This document shows positions 26,487 to 32,000 of a stretch of DNA of 32,000 nucleotides, one piece after another. How positions within the stretch are numbered: the first letter of the stretch is position 1; the number at the start of each line of letters is the position of its first letter. The notes under the pieces are model-generated. The model was given only the letters and a program-made list of their open reading frames with translations, was not told where the DNA came from and did no database searches. A program made the position numbers and the translations under genes. The stretch comes from Candidatus Nanopusillus sp. (GTDB lineage: Archaea > Nanobdellota > Nanobdellia > Nanobdellales > Nanobdellaceae). Location: positions 30,001 to 62,000 of the forward strand of contig JBMSAQ010000022.1 of the NCBI GenBank assembly GCA_049414405.1, given 5' to 3'.

Positions 26487-26871
26487 CCAAGTAATTGTAT
26501 ATTTTAAAGGATTTTATTTCATAATTTTTAAAATATTTCTTAATCAATTCTTCAAATTTTTCTTTATTTAGGTTTTCTCCACTACACCATGCAGCATCTA
26601 TATCTATATAAATTCCGTCCTCTTCGGTATAGCTACTTATTACTATATGAGATGTTGTTAAAATTCCAATAAATGTTATATCTTTATTTCCTTCAAAATC
26701 TGCCGGAAATAAATAAATTTTATGATATAATAATTTACTATTTAAAATTTTTGCAAGATCATTAGAAAATTCTTTAATAACATCAATAAAATTTTCATTT
26801 TTACTTATCTTTACTATTGTTAGCAACCTCTTCACATCCCTAACAGATATTTTTTTATATTCTCCATTCAT
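26464..26871 (-). CDS. Pyruvoyl-dependent decarboxylase-like protein (SpeH/AdoMetDC family, divergent)
   Basis: 135 aa. ITFIGILTTSHIVISSYTEEDGIYIDIDAAWCSGENLNKEKFEELIKKYF parallels the SpeH core v.vI.ESHl.iHTwPE.gyaaiDlftCG...p..af..L. The usual ESH processing site reads TSH here. Confidence 0.45.
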   Translation of the reverse strand: MNGEYKKISVRDVKRLLTIVKISKNENFIDVIKEFSNDLAKILNSKLLYHKIYLFPADFEGNKDITFIGILTTSHIVISSYTEEDGIYIDIDAAWCSGENLNKEKFEELIKKYFKNYEIKSFKIYNYLGEESLLS

Positions 26872-26920
26872 TTATGGATAAATCTATATATTTTTATCTT
26901 TAAAAATTTATATTTAGGAA

Positions 26921-26993
26921 AGCCCCGTCGTCTAGTGGCCTAGGATGCAGGGCTCTGGTCCCTGAGACCGGGGTTCGAATCCCCGCGGGGCTA
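26921..26993 (+). tRNA. tRNA-Gln (anticodon CUG)
   Basis: The sequence is AGCCCCG-TC-GTCT-AGTGGCCTA-GGAT-G-CAGGG-CTCTGGT-CCCTG-AGAC-CGGGG-TTCGAAT-CCCCG-CGGGGCT-A. It has the A1:U72 pair typical of archaeal tRNA-Gln, is 73 nt long and has no CCA. Confidence 0.93.
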
Positions 26994-27025
26994 TTCTTAT
27001 AAAAATAACTATTTAGTGATCTTTA

Positions 27026-27859
27026 ATGTCTAATAATCTTGAATCAATAATAAGAGAGGCTAAATATATAATAGATAATGCTGATAAATTACAAAATCCT
27101 ATGGAATATTTTTCTATACTTTCAGAATTTCCGCGTATACTTTCCCAATTTGGTGCAAGCTTTTATGAAGGAATAGAGAGGAAAAGAATACCTTTTGAAG
27201 TAATAGAAGGACATATGGATCTAGATAGTATAATTATCAATGGATGTTCAACGATTGGAAATATAAAAATAGCAAGAATATTGGGTTATGAAAAAAAAGA
27301 TGTAAGTAATGTAATTGATATAGTATGCGTAGATCAACAAAGAACTATAGAACAAAAAGATAGCATAATAAGATATTTAGAAGTGAGAAAATATGAATAT
27401 TCATTTTTACAAAACAATGTTTATGGATTTAAATTAAATCTAAATAGAAAAGAAGTAAAAATTCCTAATTTATATGGAATATACTATTATATAGAAGTAA
27501 AATTACCAAATAATACAGTATTATATATAATGATTGATACAGTAGGAAATATAACTATTAAAAAAAGTGGTTTAAATTATACACTATATTTTGACAATTT
27601 TGGATTATTTTCTATAATTTATAAATTTTTTAGATATAAAAGTAGAGATAAAAAAGATTTAAGAGAATATGAAAAATATAGAGATAGAATTAAAGAAATA
27701 ATAAATAAAGGATTTAGCGATAGAGATATTAGTAATTTAAGAAGACTGTTCAGTAGAGAAGATATTGATAAGATAAGAAAAAACTTAGATAAATATATTG
27801 AAGAATATCCAGATTCAGTATATAAGAGTTTATATAAGGTTATTGAATATATCTTCTAA
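27026..27859 (+). CDS. Hypothetical protein
   Basis: 277-aa ORF with coding-like composition and no recognised motifs. Its 3' end overlaps the convergent ORF at 27840-28601 by 20 nt. Confidence 0.5.
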   Translation: MSNNLESIIREAKYIIDNADKLQNPMEYFSILSEFPRILSQFGASFYEGIERKRIPFEVIEGHMDLDSIIINGCSTIGNIKIARILGYEKKDVSNVIDIVCVDQQRTIEQKDSIIRYLEVRKYEYSFLQNNVYGFKLNLNRKEVKIPNLYGIYYYIEVKLPNNTVLYIMIDTVGNITIKKSGLNYTLYFDNFGLFSIIYKFFRYKSRDKKDLREYEKYRDRIKEIINKGFSDRDISNLRRLFSREDIDKIRKNLDKYIEEYPDSVYKSLYKVIEYIF

Positions 27860-28601
27860 TAAATTTTTTGGGCGAATTAATTATTATAGACTTTTCTAGT
27901 GGTATATTTAAATAAATAGAGTCTAACAAAATCTTTATTAATATATTTATCCTATCTGGAACATTTTTTATAGATCTATATAATTCTATTCTCTTATGTG
28001 GTAAATCAATATTTCTATATAAATATTTGGTTGCATATTGCCAATTTAGATCAACATCAACAATTCCTCCAAGAATAAACAGATCATATCTCTCTAAATC
28101 TTTATCATTAAGTACATCATCTCCGTAAGGGTCCAATATTACTGCTTTATACTTATAGAAATCAAAATCTTCTTGTTTTTTATATATATTTACAAGATTA
28201 TTACTTAAAAAGGAATAATCAATATCTCCAATTAATATTAAATTACTATCAAATAAATATTCTCTTATGACTTTTAATGATTGAGAAATTTGTGTTTTTA
28301 AACTAATTTTTCCTTTATTCGGTAATAAATTGTATAATGAGTTATCTATCAGAAACTTTTTTTCATTTTGAATATTGTTTAATATTTTTTCTTTTGGTAC
28401 ATCCACTTCCTCTTCTGCATCTTTATTATGTTTTACTTCAATAAAGTTCTTGTATATTATTTCTCCATCATCTTTATATAATCTTTTCTTATTTAATAAA
28501 TATTTTACAATGCAATCTTGTCCGACATATTTTTTGCTTTTATCATAGTTTTTTACAGTTATATAATTAACATATTTTGAAGTGATCTTTTCTAATATCA
28601 T
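27840..28601 (-). CDS. Trm10-like SPOUT tRNA (purine-9 N1) methyltransferase
   Basis: 253 aa. AVILDPYGDDVLNDKDLERYDLFILGGIVDVD...LPHKRIEL....NVPDRINILIKILLDSIY parallels the Trm10 core (vyLt.Ds...L.....~~vyIIGGlVD...lP......~~~~L.vNhVfeILl). Confidence 0.55.
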   Translation of the reverse strand: MILEKITSKYVNYITVKNYDKSKKYVGQDCIVKYLLNKKRLYKDDGEIIYKNFIEVKHNKDAEEEVDVPKEKILNNIQNEKKFLIDNSLYNLLPNKGKISLKTQISQSLKVIREYLFDSNLILIGDIDYSFLSNNLVNIYKKQEDFDFYKYKAVILDPYGDDVLNDKDLERYDLFILGGIVDVDLNWQYATKYLYRNIDLPHKRIELYRSIKNVPDRINILIKILLDSIYLNIPLEKSIIINSPKKFIRRYIQ

Positions 28602-28628
28602 AAAAAAATATTTTCTAAAAATATTTTA

Positions 28629-28700
28629 AGGCCCGTAGTCTAGTGGTATGATGCCGGACTCACTATCCGGAGGTCCCGGGTTCAAATCCCGGCGGGCCTA
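28629..28700 (+). tRNA. tRNA-Val (anticodon CAC)
   Basis: The sequence is AGGCCCG-TA-GTCT-AGTGGTA-TGAT-G-CCGGA-CTCACTA-TCCGG-AGGTC-CCGGG-TTCAAAT-CCCGG-CGGGCCT-A. It is 72 nt long with no CCA. The anticodon loop has T at position 37. Confidence 0.88.
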
Positions 28701-28822
28701 TATAACAATATTATCTTAAAGATGGAATGATTTGTAGAGTTTGAATATATAATGTTAATATATTAGAAATTTATAAACGAGATAAATAGTTACATTAAAT
28801 TTTTATTAACTCGGTATTAAGT

Positions 28823-28845
28823 CATCAATTTTTCTACAATTGATG
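28823..28845. promoter_or_regulatory. Perfect 8-bp inverted repeat (candidate operator or hairpin) upstream of the HTH regulator gene
   Basis: The sequence is CATCAATT-tttctac-AATTGATG. It lies about 58 nt upstream of the ATG at 28903 and upstream of A/T-rich TATA-like sequence. Confidence 0.3.
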
Positions 28846-28902
28846 GATTATTGCATATTTGATTTTTATCGATTTTTAAATTTTATTATATAACATCATT
28901 AT

Positions 28903-29229
28903 ATGACACTGAGATGTGAACTATTTGTAAAAGAGATGCTTCCGTCAATTAGAAGAGAGCTATCAAAAATATTGTATGATAATTACAAGATGTCCCAGGA
29001 AGAAATTGCGGATAAATTATCAATAACACAATCTGCAGTTTCTCAGTATTTAAAGGGTATAAGAGGTAAATATTATTTCGAATTTGATCAAGAAGATAAA
29101 ATTATATTAATTAGGATGGCTGAATTGTTAAAAGAAGATAAAAATATTAAATTGCCAGATCTACAATCTATGTTATGTCAATTATGTGAAAAAAGATATA
29201 AATACGTAAAATGTTATATTAAAATATGA
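28903..29229 (+). CDS. Small HTH (XRE-like) transcriptional regulator with a C-terminal Cys cluster
   Basis: 108 aa. MSQEEIADKLSITQSAVSQYLKG is a classic HTH. The C-terminus is LCQLCEKRYKYVKC. Its stop overlaps the start of the downstream acetyl-CoA synthetase ORF (ATGA). Confidence 0.7.
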   Translation: MTLRCELFVKEMLPSIRRELSKILYDNYKMSQEEIADKLSITQSAVSQYLKGIRGKYYFEFDQEDKIILIRMAELLKEDKNIKLPDLQSMLCQLCEKRYKYVKCYIKI

Positions 29230-30101
29230 GTATATTTGATGCGAAATCTGTTGCAATTGTAGGAGCAAGTAATAAAGAAGGAAAGGTTGGAAATATAATA
29301 TTAAAGAATTTTGTTAAAAGATTTCCTGGAAAAATATATCCGATAAATCCAAATTATGATAATTTATACAATTTAAAATGTTACAAAAATATTCTTGAAA
29401 TAGATGATAACATAGATGCGGTTGTAATAGCAATACCTGCAGAGGGTGTTCCTGAAGTTATAAAACAAGCTGGAGAAAAAGGTGCAAAATTGGCAATAAT
29501 AGTTTCTGCTGGATTTTCCGAAGTTGGAAGAAAAAATCTTGAAGAAAAAATATTAGAATATTCGAAAAAATATGGAATAAGAGTATTGGGACCAAATGGT
29601 ATGGGTTTATATGATCCATACAATGGTATAGATACATTTTTTGTTGATGATAAAAGGTTAATAAGACCAAAGAAAGGAAAAATTGTTTTATTATCCCAAT
29701 CAGGTGCAATTGCCCTGGCGGTTATGGAATGGTTATCAAGTAAAAATGTTGGCGTATCGAAGATAATTTCTTATGGAAATAAAATTGATTTAGATGAAAT
29801 TGAAATATTAAAAGAATTAAAAGATGATCAAAATTCTAAGGCAATATTTATATATATGGAAGGATTAAGAGAAGAGAGGGGTAAAGAATTTTTAGAAGTT
29901 GCTAGTCAATTAAATAAACCAGTAATAGTATTAAAATCCGGAAAGACAAAGAGAGGCTCTGTTGCAGTTTCATCACATACAGCTTCTATGGCAGGAGATT
30001 ATGAAGTATACAAAAATTTATTTAAACAATATAATATAATTGAAGCAAAAAGTATGGGGGATTTTATGATTTATTTAAAAACTCTAGCATTTTATTTATA
30101 A
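29226..30101 (+). CDS. ADP-forming acetyl-CoA synthetase alpha subunit, N-terminal part (CoA-binding and phospho-His domains)
   Basis: 291 aa. SVAIVGASNKEGKVGNIILKN is the CoA-binding Rossmann domain, and VSSHTASMAG is the phosphohistidine loop. It ends at a double stop (taataa) exactly where full-length homologs continue into the next domain. Confidence 0.8.
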   Translation: MSIFDAKSVAIVGASNKEGKVGNIILKNFVKRFPGKIYPINPNYDNLYNLKCYKNILEIDDNIDAVVIAIPAEGVPEVIKQAGEKGAKLAIIVSAGFSEVGRKNLEEKILEYSKKYGIRVLGPNGMGLYDPYNGIDTFFVDDKRLIRPKKGKIVLLSQSGAIALAVMEWLSSKNVGVSKIISYGNKIDLDEIEILKELKDDQNSKAIFIYMEGLREERGKEFLEVASQLNKPVIVLKSGKTKRGSVAVSSHTASMAGDYEVYKNLFKQYNIIEAKSMGDFMIYLKTLAFYL

Positions 30102-30103
30102 TA

Positions 30104-30568
30104 ATGGTAATTTATGTATATACAAATGGAGGAGGTGAAGGTGTTTTAACAACAGATGCTTTAGAAGAAAATAATATTAAAATAGAAGAAACACCTGATG
30201 ATATTAAAGAAAAATTAAAAAATATTTTACCTTCTTTTGCATCATTTCATAATCCGATAGATACTACAGCTCAGGCAAGCGAAGATCAATACATAGAAGG
30301 ATTAAAGATACTATTGGAAGATTCTAGAACCGAAGGAGTGATTGCAATATTATTACCACAATTACCTTTTTTTACAGAAAAATTTCCGAAAAAATTATCA
30401 AAAATAATAAATAAAAATATACCATTAGTATTTTTAATATATGGAGGGGGATTTACAGAACAAATAAAAATATCTGTTGAAGAATATTTACCTGTATTTG
30501 AATCTCCAGAAGATGCTGCTAAAGCATTATCCTTTTTATTAAGATTGAAGAGAAATAATTGGATATAA
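30104..30568 (+). CDS. ADP-forming acetyl-CoA synthetase alpha subunit, C-terminal part (domain 5)
   Basis: 154 aa. VIYVYTNGGGEGVLTTDAL...FHNPIDTTAQAS matches the vaivTNaGGpGvlatDa...NPvDl region of ACD alpha. It starts 2 nt after the preceding ORF's stop, in a different frame. Confidence 0.75.
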   Translation: MVIYVYTNGGGEGVLTTDALEENNIKIEETPDDIKEKLKNILPSFASFHNPIDTTAQASEDQYIEGLKILLEDSRTEGVIAILLPQLPFFTEKFPKKLSKIINKNIPLVFLIYGGGFTEQIKISVEEYLPVFESPEDAAKALSFLLRLKRNNWI

Positions 30569-30778
30569 AATTTTCATAAATATTTTCTTTATAAAGCTAC
30601 ATTGTAATAATAAGAATTTATTGAAATTATATTCTAAATACTTTAATAATATTTTATACTAGATATAGTAAGAAATTTCTAACTGTACAAAATATTACTA
30701 GACGGCTTTGGTATAAAATATAAAATGGTTTTTTATCGGAATTAAATATTATAAAAGTAAAGCAATTCAATAATTAAG

Positions 30779-30853
30779 CGGACCCGGGGGGATTCGAACC
30801 CCCGACCTACGGCTTAGGAGGCCGTCGCTCCATCCATGCTGAGCTACGGGTCC
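30779..30853 (-). tRNA. tRNA-Arg (anticodon CCU)
   Basis: The reverse complement is GGACCCG-TA-GCTC-AGCATGGATG-GAGC-G-ACGGC-CTCCTAA-GCCGT-AGGTC-GGGGG-TTCGAAT-CCCCC-CGGGTCC-G. It is 75 nt long with no CCA. Confidence 0.93.
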
Positions 30854-30914
30854 TTTATTAAATTTTGATTAAAATTAAAAAATTTATAAGTATCGATATT
30901 CTACTAAATTATTT

Positions 30915-31382
30915 ATGAAGAGTATATCGCCAATCATTGCGACAATACTATTAATTGTAATGACAGTAGCAATAGCAGGATTAATGTATGCATGGTTGTC
31001 TGGAGTGTTTTCTACTTTAACAACATCCACCTCACAACAAATTAGCGGGGTTACTCAAGCAGTATCCTTTAGGGTACCACAATTATATGTTTCTGGTGGT
31101 AATGTACATGCAATATTATACAATAGTGGAAATGTGCCAATTAATACTGCTAACCTAACTATAATAGCTCAAGAATATTGGTCTGCAAACAATACATATA
31201 CTCTTACTACATATACTTGTTCAGCACCATCGGCTATAATTGCACCGGGTCAACAAAGCACATTAACTTTATCATGTAATCCCACAGGTTTAGTTACTAG
31301 ATGGAGTTCTAGAATTTATCATTATGTATTTACGTTTACATATAGCGGAATATCTGTTCAGATGACATTACCTCCACCATAG
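30915..31382 (+). CDS. Archaeal type IV pilin-like protein (class III signal peptide, Pilin_N type)
   Basis: 155 aa. MKS-ISPIIATILLIVMTVAIAGLMYAW is the canonical archaeal prepilin N-terminus. The remainder is Ser/Thr-rich with N-x-S/T sequons. Confidence 0.8.
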   Translation: MKSISPIIATILLIVMTVAIAGLMYAWLSGVFSTLTTSTSQQISGVTQAVSFRVPQLYVSGGNVHAILYNSGNVPINTANLTIIAQEYWSANNTYTLTTYTCSAPSAIIAPGQQSTLTLSCNPTGLVTRWSSRIYHYVFTFTYSGISVQMTLPPP

Positions 31383-31432
31383 GCTTAAAGATTTTTTATG
31401 ATCATGATAAAAAATAAAATTTTTATAAAAAA

Positions 31433-31798
31433 TTACGTCTTTGAAATTTTACGCTTATGTGTTTCCCAAAGTTTATGTATTTCATTTAATATTATATGAT
31501 ATTCTTTTTCAAGATGAGTTGATGATCCTTTCTTTTTAATTTCTTCTAATATTTTGTATAGCTTCTCAATAAGCTTTTCTAATTGAATAATTTCTGGATA
31601 AACTCTATTTAAATTAGCTCCATATAATTTCTTTAAAGATTCTATATATTTTTTTATTTTCTTTAAAGCCTTCTTTACTATCTTTTCAATTTTTTTAATA
31701 TCCTTTAAATATTTAGCTTCCCTTAAAAGTTTTTCAGTATCTATATTTACTTCTTTAAATTCCTTTCTTGCCTCTTTTATAATTTTTTTCTTCTTTTT
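31433..31798 (-). pseudogene. 121-codon Lys/Glu-rich coiled-coil ORF with no in-frame start codon (frameshifted gene or assembly error)
   Basis: The minus-strand frame is open from 31798 to the TAA at 31435-31433 (KKKKKIIKEARKEFKEVNIDTEKLLREAKYLKD...HKLWETHKRKISKT*). It contains no ATG, GTG or TTG. An in-frame stop lies immediately upstream, at the end of an A-rich homopolymer tract (ATAAAAAAAGAAGAAAAAAA). Confidence 0.45.
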
Positions 31799-32000
31799 TT
31801 ATCGACGATAAGTTGTTTATCAATTCTATTCACCGGCTTATTCGGTGATGCTTCGCCTTTAGATAATCTTTTAAAAGTAGGATTACCATAAATTTTAAAA
31901 GCATTTTGGCAATCATAAATTTTTTGAATCTTACTTTATAAATAATCGAAACCCAACTTTTATTTCAATTAGGTAAAATGTTGCATGACAAATACAAATA

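Noticed and set aside
1-32000. CRISPR arrays, rRNA genes, transposases/integrases and long direct or inverted repeats flanking an island
   Set aside because: None was seen on reading both strands. The 10-nt match aatgttgcat near both window ends (about 52-61 and 31978-31987) is too short to be meaningful in this composition.

Overview
The window is a very AT-rich (roughly three-quarters A+T by eye), gene-dense archaeal chromosome segment. Informational and core-metabolic genes are tightly packed, and many start and stop codons abut or overlap. Only the structural RNA genes are GC-rich. That contrast, together with a reverse-gyrase-type topoisomerase, points to a hyperthermophile with a reduced genome. 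I infer a Nanoarchaeota/DPANN-like organism; this is not proven.

Confidently recognised genes:
- Metabolism: tungsten-type aldehyde:ferredoxin oxidoreductase, PEP synthase, ADP-forming acetyl-CoA synthetase alpha (broken into two ORFs), UPP synthase, NMN adenylyltransferase-like protein.
- Replication and division: FtsZ, ATP-dependent DNA ligase, and a stand-alone topoisomerase half of reverse gyrase (split gene).
- Translation and RNA modification: deoxyhypusine synthase, GatD, aEF-1beta with its Zn-ribbon partner, L7Ae, Taw1, a Trm10-like SPOUT methyltransferase, a TRAM protein, a circularly permuted GTPase.
- Regulation: a TrmB regulator.
- Five tRNAs, none with an encoded CCA: Gly-UCC, Ala-GGC, Gln-CUG, Val-CAC, Arg-CCU.

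Features I found by reading that are absent from the ORF track:
- Two box C/D sRNAs with exact 7-12-4-3-7-12-4 architecture (8241-8289 on the plus strand, 26438-26486 on the minus strand).
- An unexplained 53-nt GC-rich island (8151-8203).
- A partial ORF of more than 640 codons for an N/Y-rich surface protein (1-1925, minus strand), translationally coupled to a HerA/DUF87-type ATPase.
- A 41-aa L39e-like ORF.
- Decayed remnants of two genes: a glycosyltransferase and a COG1373-type ATPase.
- A 121-codon ORF with no start codon.

I saw no rRNA, CRISPR array, transposase or integrase. I cannot point to one clearly novel multi-gene system. The best candidates for follow-up are the ATPase plus giant glycoprotein pair, the sRNA/GC-island locus, and the Gln-rich-tailed orphan protein.
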